A stretch of DNA of 64,000 nt, from the NCBI GenBank assembly GCA_016192905.1, contig JACPTG010000001.1, forward strand, positions 101,005 through 165,004, written 5' to 3'. Below, in pieces: positions 47,275-57,807 of the stretch. A model generated the notes under the pieces. It was not told where the DNA came from. It ran no database searches and saw nothing but the letters and a program-made list of their open reading frames with translations. The translations under genes were made by a program, and so were the position numbers. The stretch is from Candidatus Woesearchaeota archaeon. GTDB taxonomy: Archaea > Nanobdellota > Nanobdellia > Woesearchaeales > UBA10216. How positions within the stretch are numbered: position 1 is the stretch's first letter; every line of letters begins with the position of its first letter.

Positions 47275-48606
47275 TTGCTGAATAAAAAAATGGAAACAAA
47301 AAGACTTGATATATACCCTGGGAGAAGTAAGAGTTTTGACTTTGAGCTTGCCAGGCTGCGAGAAAGCAAGATAAGTGCCAGAAACAAGGAACTGATTATA
47401 GAGTTCCAAAATTACCTGTTTTCTACTGGCACAAATTCTTACAGGGTAGGAAAACTCACAGGTCAGCTTAAGAGGCTCTGTGAGGTTTTGGGGAAGGACC
47501 TTGACATTGCTTTAAGGAAGGATATTATGGACTTAATTGCGCAGTATAACAGGCTACAAACACTTTCTGAGGCTACCAAGGCTGATTATAGACGTTGCAT
47601 TAAGCAGTTCTATAAATGGTTTGAGGAAGAAGATAAGCGGGTTTCAAGCCCAAATGACAACATCAGAGAAGAGACCAAGAAACTATACTGCTTTCTTAGG
47701 AAAGAAGTAAAAATCGCATATAAAGCGAAGCAGGTCGATTCAAGTGCAATTATAACTGACGATGACCTTGACCTTGTAATTGAAAGGGGATGCAGAACAA
47801 TCAAAGAGAAAGCGCTGATTAAGCTACTTCACGAGACAGGAGTCAGGGCTGGAGAACTTCTAAATATGAAGTTAGGTGATATTGAAATCAGGGACAATTA
47901 TGGAGTTGTAAAGGTTGATGGAAAGACAGGCAGGCGTGAAGTGCCTGTAGTGACCTCTTTGCCTTATTTGGTACAGTGGCTTGACTTACATCCATTCAAA
48001 GGGAGCAATCATGCTTATTTGTGGACAGGGGAAAACAGGGCACATTTGTATAAACCTCTTTTGCATAGGGGCGTCCAGAAGCTTGTGGACAAGTGCTTTG
48101 AACGGGCAGGATTGCTTAAATGCGAATATGCAGAAATTAGGCTGGAAAGTGGTAAGACAATACGGAAGGTTGTCAAAAGGTCATTCGTCAAAAAAACCAA
48201 TTTGCACTGGTTTAGGCATAGCAGAGCAAGTTTACTTGCGCCCTACTTAACCGAAAGCCTACTTTGCAAATATATGGGCTGGACATTGGGAAGCAAACAA
48301 ATCAGAACCTATGTCCATCTTTGCACCAAGCAACTTGAATCAGCAGTCCTCTCTTTGCGAGGGATTAATACTGCTGAAGAAAAACCACAAAGTCAGCCCA
48401 TAAAATGCATTTGCGACACGATAAACACTCCAACAGCGAGATATTGCTACAAGTGTGGGAAGCCACTATCAATGGCCATCGTAGCACAGGATTCTGAAAT
48501 AATAAAGGAAGAAACTGACAAGACAATAAAGCTGTTACTTGAAATAGCAAACAACCCTGAACTTTTGAAGAAGTTTGAGGACTTCAAAAAGACCAAAAGC
48601 GGTTAG
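47275..48606 (+). CDS. int: tyrosine recombinase / integrase
   Basis: C-terminal LHWFRHSRASL (H-x-x-R) and IRTYVHL catalytic Tyr; C-terminal zinc-ribbon-like CICD...CYKCGK; adjacent to tRNA-Ser. Confidence 0.8.
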   Translation: MLNKKMETKRLDIYPGRSKSFDFELARLRESKISARNKELIIEFQNYLFSTGTNSYRVGKLTGQLKRLCEVLGKDLDIALRKDIMDLIAQYNRLQTLSEATKADYRRCIKQFYKWFEEEDKRVSSPNDNIREETKKLYCFLRKEVKIAYKAKQVDSSAIITDDDLDLVIERGCRTIKEKALIKLLHETGVRAGELLNMKLGDIEIRDNYGVVKVDGKTGRREVPVVTSLPYLVQWLDLHPFKGSNHAYLWTGENRAHLYKPLLHRGVQKLVDKCFERAGLLKCEYAEIRLESGKTIRKVVKRSFVKKTNLHWFRHSRASLLAPYLTESLLCKYMGWTLGSKQIRTYVHLCTKQLESAVLSLRGINTAEEKPQSQPIKCICDTINTPTARYCYKCGKPLSMAIVAQDSEIIKEETDKTIKLLLEIANNPELLKKFEDFKKTKSG

Positions 48607-48711
48607 AGAACTTACATACCTTTTTCGGAGTTTTGCTCTCCACCCACAATTCCATCAATGCAGCTGACCTAACAAATAACCTTAAATATATTAATCAGCT
48701 TCTTCTAATTT

Positions 48712-49095
48712 ATGCCGCTGGGAAAAAAGGAAGCAGTAATAGTGGACATATTAAAAGAGCTTCTTAATAGAACAAACAGGATTAGTGAATTTGATTTAAC
48801 ACAAAAACTATGTTATGATTATAATCTGTCCTCTGAAAGAGAAGCAAAACATGTGATTAAATTACTCAGGGGTAGTGGTTTTATAGAATGGGAAGGCGAA
48901 CCTGAAGGTCAAATGATTTCTATTAATCCGAACGGAATTAAATTTTTAATGGACTATGAATTTAAGCAGACACAAACTATGATACTCAATAAACAAACTG
49001 ATATTTTAAATACTACCAAAATCATATATTGGATTTTAGCTATCGCTACTGTATTTATGGCAATAGCAACCATTATTATAGCTTTTAAACCTTAA
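48712..49095 (+). CDS. hypothetical protein with a C-terminal TM helix
   Basis: 127 aa in the AT-rich element. Confidence 0.3.
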   Translation: MPLGKKEAVIVDILKELLNRTNRISEFDLTQKLCYDYNLSSEREAKHVIKLLRGSGFIEWEGEPEGQMISINPNGIKFLMDYEFKQTQTMILNKQTDILNTTKIIYWILAIATVFMAIATIIIAFKP

Positions 49096-49171
49096 TATTA
49101 CCCGTAACACAACAATTAGACAGTTTTTGTGTTAACAAACCTTTAAATATTTCTTATCGCTAATAAAGCCT

Positions 49172-49354
49172 ATGAACAAGCTACAACAAATTGTTGCTGC
49201 AATTGTAGGCATACCCCTTACAATTTACATATTGTTTATAACACTTAAGACCCTTAATCAGCAAACCCCTGACTTTACAAGTATTAGTGTTGTGCTATTT
49301 GGAGCTGTTGTAGTAGGGGCAGTATATTTTTTCAGAGAAAAACTATTTCACTAA
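49172..49354 (+). CDS. small membrane protein
   Basis: 60 aa with two TM helices. Confidence 0.3.
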   Translation: MNKLQQIVAAIVGIPLTIYILFITLKTLNQQTPDFTSISVVLFGAVVVGAVYFFREKLFH

Positions 49355-49431
49355 GCCTTATTTGACTTATCATCGTATAGGTTAGCACAGCAAGGACATT
49401 ATCCAAGCTGAAAATAATAAGAGAAACTCTT

Positions 49432-49860
49432 ATGCGAAAGGGACAAAGACCTTCAAGACACACACGGACTGTTTGGACAAGACAAGGCTGGAAAAGAGTA
49501 TGGGTTAATCCTGAAATAAGAAGACCAATTAACATTAGGCAAACTGCCAGTAATATTGTGACTTCAGCAAGAAAGACATACGATGCCTATACTAAAGCTA
49601 AAGAAATAGTAGATTACACATTACAAGCACAACAATTTTATACTGCTTTCGGTTCTGGTGATGAGGAGCGAATTAAAAATACACTTACTGAGTTTGTAGT
49701 AAATACTACTTTATCACAATATCCTGCTGTAAAAGCAGCAAGGATTTTAGCAGAACTTTTAAGCGACCCTTCCTTTGTAGATGAACTAAGACGAGGGAAC
49801 GTAAACAGATTAGTTCTCCATTACGGACCTAAGATTGGAAGGAAGTTTTTGTCTTACTGA
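49432..49860 (+). CDS. hypothetical protein
   Basis: 142 aa, basic N-terminus. Confidence 0.3.
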   Translation: MRKGQRPSRHTRTVWTRQGWKRVWVNPEIRRPINIRQTASNIVTSARKTYDAYTKAKEIVDYTLQAQQFYTAFGSGDEERIKNTLTEFVVNTTLSQYPAVKAARILAELLSDPSFVDELRRGNVNRLVLHYGPKIGRKFLSY

Positions 49861-49880
49861 TGTCGTGTTTTGTTATATTG

Positions 49881-50291
49881 TCATATCGCTTTCCAATACT
49901 TTAGCTTATATAGTCTTATGAGTGTCTTTGTAATGAAGCCTATTAGCTTCAAATCCTTCTTGTTCAACCCTTTCTTTTGACCTTTTAAAATAGCCGAATA
50001 CCTGATAGCGAACTCTCCTTCTGCTAATGCGCACAAGTCCTCAATTTGCAATATCTCTATAACCCTTCTGACCTCATACTTGTCAGGATAAGTTACCAAA
50101 CCATTTCGATATAGCTCATAGCGCAACTTACATAAGGAATTATGATTATAGTTTTTGCAGGCACAGTTTATTGCCTTACTTATAAGACTGTTTGGGCTCC
50201 TTCTTAAAGCCGAACCTTTATATTTTATAGGATTAGCTGATACTCTGAATTTTCCTAACAGCGTTTTTGGTCCAAGCATCATAAATCTCAT
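49881..50291 (-). CDS. hypothetical protein
   Basis: 136 aa ORF. Confidence 0.3.
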   Translation of the reverse strand: MRFMMLGPKTLLGKFRVSANPIKYKGSALRRSPNSLISKAINCACKNYNHNSLCKLRYELYRNGLVTYPDKYEVRRVIEILQIEDLCALAEGEFAIRYSAILKGQKKGLNKKDLKLIGFITKTLIRLYKLKYWKAI

Positions 50292-50304
50292 TCATCTTTT
50301 GGTC

Positions 50305-51378
50305 TTATCTTGAACGGATATAAGTAAAGTCATATCTTTGTTCACACATGCTTATAAGAGCTTGCGCATCTACCAGACTCCTGCCCCTCAAATTACCAAC
50401 ATGGTTTTTGATGTTTGTTTCATCTAACTGGCCTTTATACCGCTCAGCATATATGGTCAAAACCAAGTTAGGGCTGCAGTGAATGCTATAGCTCTGTAAA
50501 TATGTTAATCCTTCCAGCTTCTTCTTAATCGTTTGTCTGGGTGACGAATACGTTACGTTGTGTTCCTCAAAAGAGACTATTAGAGTTTCAACTATTTTTT
50601 TGGAAACAGTGTCAAAAAGAATGGTCTTATCAAAAATCTTGTTATCCGATGAGGTATGATTCGCTAAAGTGACGTTTTCGCCTTCATTGAAAAATTTGTC
50701 AGCAAAGTAATCGTAAATATCTCCTTCTTTTACTTGTTCAATCAAAGCTTTTTCTCTACTTTCCAAATGACTTGTTAGAACTGCATTGTTATTGGCAACG
50801 AAGTTAAAGAAGTCTTGTGGGTCCTGTAAATAGTTTTCTTCTTTCATTATACTTATGGCCGATACTTCAAATGTTGGGAGTACGTAGAAAAAGTTTTGGT
50901 CAGCATTACTGTAACGAGCTAAAAAAACAGCTCTTTTAGGGTCATAAACATAAAAGTCTATCTCCTCGTTAGAAACATCTGTCCTAGCTAATACGATTTC
51001 TTTGAAGATGACTTTGTTTATATCTGCCTGTACATCGCTTATAGTATAACTCTGAGCTTCCTGTTCAGAACTCTGCTTTTCAGGAATATCAGTTTCCTCA
51101 TCTGCGTCGCAAATTCCATTGCCGTTTTTATCTAAGCAACAAGTTGTTCCTACTTGTATGTACGGTTTGTTACAACCCGAGACCTCTTCTTTTTTCAACT
51201 CATCTTTGTCACATACAGAATTGCTATCTTGGTCTAAACAACAGCCAGTTCCTACAAGAATATAAGGTGCATTACAAACTATTTTGTTTTCTTGTTGCTG
51301 TATTCCAGCACAGCCTGCAATAAGTAGAAAAGTCACAAGCAAAAAAATAATCAGAGTATGTTTAGCGGACTGAGCCAT
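50305..51378 (-). CDS. secreted or lipid-anchored protein with a duplicated Cys-rich motif
   Basis: Signal LIIFLLVTFLLIAGCAG; two repeats C-N-x-PYI-x-VGT-x-CCLD...N-x-x-CD-x-DE. Confidence 0.4.
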   Translation of the reverse strand: MAQSAKHTLIIFLLVTFLLIAGCAGIQQQENKIVCNAPYILVGTGCCLDQDSNSVCDKDELKKEEVSGCNKPYIQVGTTCCLDKNGNGICDADEETDIPEKQSSEQEAQSYTISDVQADINKVIFKEIVLARTDVSNEEIDFYVYDPKRAVFLARYSNADQNFFYVLPTFEVSAISIMKEENYLQDPQDFFNFVANNNAVLTSHLESREKALIEQVKEGDIYDYFADKFFNEGENVTLANHTSSDNKIFDKTILFDTVSKKIVETLIVSFEEHNVTYSSPRQTIKKKLEGLTYLQSYSIHCSPNLVLTIYAERYKGQLDETNIKNHVGNLRGRSLVDAQALISMCEQRYDFTYIRSR

Positions 51379-51489
51379 TTCGATGCATCTTTGCAGTGCA
51401 ATATATAAAGATTTTGATTAAACTTTGGTTGATATTTAGTTGATAACTCCGTCACTTCTTTCATAAATCTGAGTTGATAAGTAGTTGAT

Positions 51490-51774
51490 ATGCGTAAGGC
51501 AGACTGGGCTCTAATCGGGTATATCAAAAGGAGCAAGAATAGGTATAGGGCTCTCGAGTTTTTGGAAACCCCATTAATACCATCAGAACTCGGTAAGAAG
51601 ATGGAAATAAGCCTAACTCACGCAAGCAAGATAATAAGGGAGCTTAATGAGAAAAAGCTTATTTCTTGCCTGAACGAAGACCTAAAAGTAGGAAGAATTT
51701 ACCAGATAACTAAACAAGGAAAGCGCATCAAAAAGAATCTTTTGAATTTGACAAAAATTTCAGACAAGCGGTAG
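51490..51774 (+). CDS. winged helix-turn-helix transcriptional regulator
   Basis: 94 aa; pattern LIGYIKRSKNRYRALEFLETPLIPSELGKKMEISLTHASKIIRELNEKKLISC. Confidence 0.45.
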   Translation: MRKADWALIGYIKRSKNRYRALEFLETPLIPSELGKKMEISLTHASKIIRELNEKKLISCLNEDLKVGRIYQITKQGKRIKKNLLNLTKISDKR

Positions 51775-52169
51775 CTTCCTTTATCCATGCCCTAAAATTC
51801 CACCACTACCCCGTCTATTATTTCACAAAACAGATTTTCAATCGCCACAATATTTTTATATAGAAGGGTATTATCGGTATGTAGGGATAAGATGGTATCT
51901 AAAAAGAAGGTAACAATAAAATGCCCAGATTGCCTACGAGAAGTATCTGGTTTTAGCGATAGACACTTAGAGATTAACTTATTAATCCATAAAAAAACAT
52001 CAATTAAGCATCAAGAGACAATGAAAGTATTGAAAGAGAAAGGATTGAAATAAAATGAGCAGAGGGCCGAAGCCCTAAGCTCAGGACCCGAAAACCTTGC
52101 GAGTAATCAAGTCCAGAGTACGCTATTTCTCTGGGCTATAAAAAGCTTAACATAACGGAGGTTAGAAAA

Positions 52170-52970
52170 ATGATAGTGCGAACCTATGAGAAGTTAGGCG
52201 TCTTTATAGACAGATGGGTAGCAGGAGCCATAGACCTGCTAATCATAGAAAGCCCAGCAGGACTGGGGAAAAGCACCCTGGTAAGCCAGAAGCTCAAAGG
52301 AGTGCCACATCTGGCAGTGAACAGCCACATAACACCTTTAGAATGTCATAAGCGCCTTTACGAGTATAAGGATGAGCTGGTATGGTTTGATGATGTTTCC
52401 CTGCTCCTGAGCAACAGGATACAGGTGTCTATTCTCAAGCAGGTAGCAGAAACGCAGCCAGTGAAAACCATATGTTACTACACAACATCTGAGCTTCTGG
52501 AAGACGTGCCTATGAAGTTTAGAACCAGCAGCAGAGTGCTTATAAGCTGCAACTCCATAGAAGCCAGCAACCAGCATATCGAGGCCATAAAGGACAGAGG
52601 CTTCTTTATCAGGTTCCTACCCAGAAGGCAAGAGGTAATAAGCAAGCTAAGGGAGATTGCGGAGTCCTATAGCTACCTGGAAAGTGAAGAGAAGGCAGAA
52701 GTATTGCAGCTTATCCTGGCCAGTGCTCATCACTGCAAGAATCTGACACTGAGGACGTTGGTAAAGGGCTTCCAGCTATACCAGTATTACAAGCTTACAG
52801 GCATAGACTGGAAGACAGACCTGTTGGCAGAGATGGGTATAGATGACAAGCTCATAACATTAAACGAACTTCTTACTAAACACGGTAACGACATAGAAAG
52901 GCTGAAGGAATGGCAGTGGAGCAGGCAGACCTATTACAGCTACAAGAAGCTGCTCTTACAGGAAGTATAA
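52170..52970 (+). CDS. P-loop ATPase with a deviant Walker A
   Basis: IIESPAGLGKSTLV P-loop; Walker B-like LVWFDDVS; 266 aa. Confidence 0.45.
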   Translation: MIVRTYEKLGVFIDRWVAGAIDLLIIESPAGLGKSTLVSQKLKGVPHLAVNSHITPLECHKRLYEYKDELVWFDDVSLLLSNRIQVSILKQVAETQPVKTICYYTTSELLEDVPMKFRTSSRVLISCNSIEASNQHIEAIKDRGFFIRFLPRRQEVISKLREIAESYSYLESEEKAEVLQLILASAHHCKNLTLRTLVKGFQLYQYYKLTGIDWKTDLLAEMGIDDKLITLNELLTKHGNDIERLKEWQWSRQTYYSYKKLLLQEV

Positions 52971-54747
52971 AAGTATGGTTGTTTTGACACGGGGCATACT
53001 TTTGGACTCGTATAGTAAGCATCACATGTTTATTCGTGATTGTTTGGTTACCACTAAATTGGTACGTATCGGCTATATTCTCTGTTTGTATAGCTTTTGA
53101 TGATGCGCAGATTTGGCAGTGAGGCTTTCTTTGCATATCAGCATAATTACAGGGGGATTCCCCGCATACAATGCATTTGAGGAAGGTTGTATCTGTCCGC
53201 AAGAAATTTTTCAGAGGAACATTCTCTTTCTTTGTAACTGACGTAACCTTCGTAACCAATGTAACCGCTTCTTCCTGCTCGGAACGAGGCAAGTATCGGT
53301 GTATCAATGTGATGAGCTTATCCTTGCCAAGTTCGATTATGCGCTTGGTTTTTCCAGATACCTTTGTTGAGATAGTCTTCAAGCCCAATATCTTCAAGGT
53401 TCTTCCTATGATTCTACTGTCTTGTGGCTTTCCCTTGTGCGAAGGCATTTTGTTGGCAATGTCAGCAGAAGATAGGGTTACATCAGTTACGTCAGTTTCA
53501 TTGGTTACGTAGTCTTCTATGCACTCTATCAACCCTAAGATTACCTGTCCCTCAAAGCTTGCAGACCTTACTTCCAGAATCTCTTCTTGCGTCTGTTCCA
53601 TTATTTTTTTGAACTCTGCGAGAACATCAGGGAAGTTGACAAATATAACTGCAAAACTTGCAGCAACCTGTTTCAATCTTGGCTCAATATCCCCGAAGTC
53701 AACACCAAGAACCGAATCCGTGTCTATTAAATGCCTGTATTTAAACCTAAACATCAACAGCTTATTTCTAATCCGCTGCTGCTCCTCAAAACATTCATTC
53801 GGAAGCAATGGGGGAATGTCTTTTCGCTTAGTTTCGGCCATTATTTCTGTAATGCATCTTGCCTCCAAAGCAGCGTCATCAAACCTTCTTCTTGTAGCAA
53901 ATATCTTTGGGCAAAATACCTCTAAAGCTTGAATAGCATCTGGATTATCTTTAGTAGCTCTGAGAACTGGCTTTCCACGCTCAAAGCCTGCATTGAGAAT
54001 CTTTATGACCTCATTCCTCTCATCAGACTGCTTAATGTCAGCTTCCTCCAGAATCAAAGTTCCACCCCAACGGCTAATCATCCTGTAAATTGGAGCAGGG
54101 GTTATGCACGCCGTCGCAAGCATGGGCTTGTAGCAAATCCTGCCTATTATATCCACGCATCTTGACTTGCCCGTGCCCGTATCCCCTAAGAACCTCAAGT
54201 ACGGAATGGTATTTAACTTATCACTCACGGCGCCGAGTAGGACATACCACTTGGCGTATTTCATAAACTCAGGTCGCAAATCGCAATACTTCTGTATGTA
54301 AGCTTCTATTTCATTCAAAAGCTCTTCAACGGTGCCGAAGGGTTCTGCTTCTGTTGGAAGCAATATTGCCTGTTTTTCCACAAGTTCATCTCTTATAGGG
54401 TCAATTCTTATGTTTTCGAAAGTGTCTAACTCAGCACCTATTATAAAGTCCACATAGTCTACATTATCTGTAGATTTATTATAACGAGCAAAACCAAGGC
54501 CTAATTTAGGGTGTTTAACCTGTTCATAAAGAAAGTCGGTACCTTCAAAGAAACTCCTGGTTATTACGGTTGGTTTATCTTCGGCGCTGCCAATTGTCTT
54601 ATCTCCATGCTTTCTATTTAGCTTCCCCTTTTCTTTTTCCAATGATTCCATTATGGTTACAGAGTTATTCATCTTTATCACCTTCATTCGTGTACTCAAG
54701 CCTCTTATGAATCCCCGTTTTCCAGTGAGGGGCGCCTTCAAGCGCAA
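52876..54747 (-). CDS. putative replicative helicase (SF3/D5/P4-like P-loop NTPase) with a C-terminal zinc ribbon; the true start is probably MNNSVT or MKVIK
   Basis: Walker A LGDTGTGKSRCVDI; Walker B-like LILEEAD; C-terminal CIVCGESPCNYADMQRKPHCQIC; VTx tandem repeats. Confidence 0.5.
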   Translation of the reverse strand: MRLKAPLTGKRGFIRGLSTRMKVIKMNNSVTIMESLEKEKGKLNRKHGDKTIGSAEDKPTVITRSFFEGTDFLYEQVKHPKLGLGFARYNKSTDNVDYVDFIIGAELDTFENIRIDPIRDELVEKQAILLPTEAEPFGTVEELLNEIEAYIQKYCDLRPEFMKYAKWYVLLGAVSDKLNTIPYLRFLGDTGTGKSRCVDIIGRICYKPMLATACITPAPIYRMISRWGGTLILEEADIKQSDERNEVIKILNAGFERGKPVLRATKDNPDAIQALEVFCPKIFATRRRFDDAALEARCITEIMAETKRKDIPPLLPNECFEEQQRIRNKLLMFRFKYRHLIDTDSVLGVDFGDIEPRLKQVAASFAVIFVNFPDVLAEFKKIMEQTQEEILEVRSASFEGQVILGLIECIEDYVTNETDVTDVTLSSADIANKMPSHKGKPQDSRIIGRTLKILGLKTISTKVSGKTKRIIELGKDKLITLIHRYLPRSEQEEAVTLVTKVTSVTKKENVPLKNFLRTDTTFLKCIVCGESPCNYADMQRKPHCQICASSKAIQTENIADTYQFSGNQTITNKHVMLTIRVQKYAPCQNNHTFILPVRAASCSCNRSACSTAIPSAFLCRYRV

Positions 54748-55240
54748 TCATGGTTTTGTCGCTGCTTTTTAGGACATCGCAGCCAAAGTATTCTATAAAC
54801 TGCTTCCTGACCTGTTGCCTCCTGGATACAGACATAAGGGGGAAATCCCTAAATATGGCGTTGAAATGATAGCCCCTACTGCCAGTAAGGTATGCTTCAA
54901 ACTCAAGACCACGGCTAAGAAGCTTATCCTTAACCTCTTCGTAACGCTCTGGGGCTTCCAAGTCCAAAATCAGTTCAGCTTCGTGAATAGAGCGGTTGTT
55001 TGCCAGCTCTATGAACTTCCAGACCGGCACGGAAGTTTTCTTATAAAGAGGAACATGGTCGGTTAGATTAAGGTGCCAGAGTTCCATAACTGAATGTCTT
55101 TCGCTCCAAATTGAACTGCCGTCCTCAAGCTTCTTGGCGTAAGCCAGGTTGTAGTCACCAAACCGATTGCAGGAATCTTGTAACCCGCCCCATTTTTGAC
55201 TTACATACCTCAGCGTTACCCTTGAATATTGCGTCAGCAT
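54665..55240 (-). CDS. archaeo-eukaryotic primase (AEP) prim-pol domain protein
   Basis: LILDLEAP (motif I, acidic residues) and TGSRGYHFNAIF (AEP motif sGxxGyH); overlaps the helicase gene by 83 nt. Confidence 0.5.
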   Translation of the reverse strand: MLTQYSRVTLRYVSQKWGGLQDSCNRFGDYNLAYAKKLEDGSSIWSERHSVMELWHLNLTDHVPLYKKTSVPVWKFIELANNRSIHEAELILDLEAPERYEEVKDKLLSRGLEFEAYLTGSRGYHFNAIFRDFPLMSVSRRQQVRKQFIEYFGCDVLKSSDKTMIALEGAPHWKTGIHKRLEYTNEGDKDE

Positions 55241-55603
55241 GTCACATCTCCTTTGCCTTTAATTTCTCTCTTAGTAATTCGGATAGGGTAATCCCGTTTT
55301 CATTGGCTTCAAATTCCAACTGTTGTAACACGGCACGTTCTACCCTGAAGTTTATTCGTATTTTAGCCATCGTCGTATAAACTATTTAAACCAAAGAAGA
55401 AACAGCAACTTGTTCCACCTGCTGTTTCTTTCTTTTTTATTCTTCTAACTCTGAAAAATAAAACGCCCTTACAATTTGAAGCTCCTTAGGGAGTTGCTTT
55501 TCAAGTTCAGGGGTTAACCGCTTCAATCTCGTCATCTCCAAAGGGCATAATTTTCAATCCGCCTTCTACCTCCTCAATTATAACTGACTTACCTGGTCCC
55601 AAG

Positions 55604-56743
55604 TTGTTATCTTTGACCCACTTAGCGGGTAGGCAAACAAAACTGCTGTATGCGTGGTTGGATTGTAGTTTTCGTTTCATACTAAACTTGTATCTAATCA
55701 GAATATTTAGTTATTTATATACAAAAGTAACTTCTCCGTATTATTTTTGCAAAGATTTTTATATTGCCCTAGTGTTAATTCTAATTATGCTTCACCTGGC
55801 AAAACTTGAACTTAAAGTAGTAACCCGCTTACTGGATAATTTCGAGCCGCCAGTGTTAAGTGAGGAAGGGCAAGGGAAAAAAAGGAAAAGGGACAAGAGA
55901 ATTCAGCAAAAAAAGGTGAATGAACAACTTTACAAAGAAGGTTGGCGTTTGGCCAAAGAAATTTATTCAGAGATTAAAGATTTCCGCAGAGAGTGGCTCC
56001 CAGAAATGTCAAAACGGTTGAAAGCAAAAGGTCTGCTGGAAACGAAAAAAGTAGAAGCCATAGACGCATATGGTAGAAAATCCCACCCAAAGGCAACAAG
56101 ACTTAGCCCCTCCAGAGTTGCCTTAAGGAGCTTACTGCTTTTCTTTGCCGATAAAAATGACACAAAGTTTTTCTATTCGGATTACTATAGAAGAACACGG
56201 AGTTTTGTTTATCCAGAATACATTCACTTTTATAAAACATTGACAGGAGGCGAAAGGTCAAAAATCTTAACAACCATTGAGCCAATTAATGGTGAAATGG
56301 TTGCTGTATGGTATCCTTACTTATTTAAACTTTACTTAATAGACAAAAGAAAATTCGACAATATTGTAAGTGACGTAAATTATGTGTTTCAAAAAGCAGG
56401 AATTCCTACAGCTGAACACGTTCGAGATTCTTTCTTAAAAATCGAGCTACTCGTATTTGCATCGCTTTTGACAAAATTAATTGAATTTTCTGACAAAGAG
56501 CATCAGGATAAGTCAAGTGTGAAAATTAAGGAAGAAATTGAAAGCTCCCTTTTGGCCAGGCTGGGAAATATAACTATTGGTTTCATTTATCCTGAAAGAG
56601 TTAATAAGGACAGGAGAATGTTTTCAACTATTTCAGAACTATTAAGGCAGATAGCCAAGGATGACCCCGAGTTGCGCACCAGATTGGGGCAATATGCCTC
56701 CAAGAGATTAAAACAAAAGGAAGGAGGTAAAGACAAGAAATAG
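55604..56743 (+). CDS. hypothetical basic protein
   Basis: 379 aa, Lys/Arg-rich N- and C-termini; the start may be internal (MLHLAKLELK). Confidence 0.35.
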   Translation: MLSLTHLAGRQTKLLYAWLDCSFRFILNLYLIRIFSYLYTKVTSPYYFCKDFYIALVLILIMLHLAKLELKVVTRLLDNFEPPVLSEEGQGKKRKRDKRIQQKKVNEQLYKEGWRLAKEIYSEIKDFRREWLPEMSKRLKAKGLLETKKVEAIDAYGRKSHPKATRLSPSRVALRSLLLFFADKNDTKFFYSDYYRRTRSFVYPEYIHFYKTLTGGERSKILTTIEPINGEMVAVWYPYLFKLYLIDKRKFDNIVSDVNYVFQKAGIPTAEHVRDSFLKIELLVFASLLTKLIEFSDKEHQDKSSVKIKEEIESSLLARLGNITIGFIYPERVNKDRRMFSTISELLRQIAKDDPELRTRLGQYASKRLKQKEGGKDKK

Positions 56744-56766
56744 CTGATGGCTTACGCCATAACGTG

Positions 56767-56786
56767 CCTAATCCTGGGCCTGGCGC
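56767..56786 (+). repeat. att-like direct repeat (copy of the tRNA-Ser 3' end)
   Basis: cctaatcctgggcctggcgc; 16 nt identical to tRNA 47176..47191. Confidence 0.6.
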
Positions 56787-57078
56787 CTTATTTTTTCTTA
56801 CGATTTGGATTTTTTCAGTAACAAATTAGTGAAAAAGATTTACCATTCAGAAAGTAACCAAAAATCTCCAAATCATTTATTGGGCGGTTTCTTTTAGAGT
56901 TTTTTGATGCTGACCAGAGGCTTTTTATGTGCAATTCGGGAGAAGGACTAGTATTGGGTTGCCGGGCTGCATAGCAAGGTTTCACTCGTTCAACCCTCCT
57001 TGTAAAATTTTTTATAACCAACAAGTAGCAAAAAAAAGAAAATAATTAAATAGGGGTTTTAATTCACATACACATATA

Positions 57079-57807
57079 ATGGCAAACTTACAACAAGCAT
57101 TGATTGACTATTTTGCATCCCTAAATTTAGCCAGAGAACTGCCAGTCGAGAAGCTTTTAGCCGCAGCGGACAATACCCGGTTGAGGGACAGTCTTCAACA
57201 GTTCCCTAATGGAATACGTGACCAGTGGGGAGAGGATTTGTACTCCAATATGAGATATGCTGGGCCACACGGACTAACGATAATCTTTATCGGAAATGGA
57301 CATATCCCATATTTCTTCCATAAACTGGAAAGTAGTGGATTTGCAAATTATCTGATAAGCTCAACTGATTCTCATAGTGTGGCGCAGATTGCAGAAGACC
57401 AAAACGGCTTAATGTATATCCTGGAAACTTTGCGTAAATATGGCATTCAACCTGTTGCTGATGGATGCCCCTTGTTAGTTGTTGGTGATACTCATGGGAT
57501 GAGTTATGACACTCCTTTCCCGGATGCCGAAAAATTAAGAAATTTTGGAGTTGAAGCGGCCGTCATAAATTTGGAGGCTGTTCAAAACGGAATTGAACCT
57601 TCCACTGGCTTTTGGGGGCTGAAAAATGTTATTGAATTTTCAAGAACACTCTCAGCATCAGAAATAAAAACTATTCTAAATGGACTTGAACCACCGGATA
57701 GGCAGTTTCCTTTAGGGAGTATTCTCAAAACCATAGATTATACTCCCTCAAAGCTGTCTGGTCCGAAGCTCTATATTCCGGGAAATCAAAATGTTGGACC
57801 CAGATGA
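57079..57807 (+). CDS. hypothetical protein
   Basis: 242 aa ORF inside the repeat-flanked cassette. Confidence 0.35.
   Translation: MANLQQALIDYFASLNLARELPVEKLLAAADNTRLRDSLQQFPNGIRDQWGEDLYSNMRYAGPHGLTIIFIGNGHIPYFFHKLESSGFANYLISSTDSHSVAQIAEDQNGLMYILETLRKYGIQPVADGCPLLVVGDTHGMSYDTPFPDAEKLRNFGVEAAVINLEAVQNGIEPSTGFWGLKNVIEFSRTLSASEIKTILNGLEPPDRQFPLGSILKTIDYTPSKLSGPKLYIPGNQNVGPR

Noticed and set aside
53171-53512. 113-aa + ORF with VTDVTFVTNVT repeats
   Set aside because: It is the reverse-frame reflection of the GTAAC repeats within the helicase gene on the minus strand
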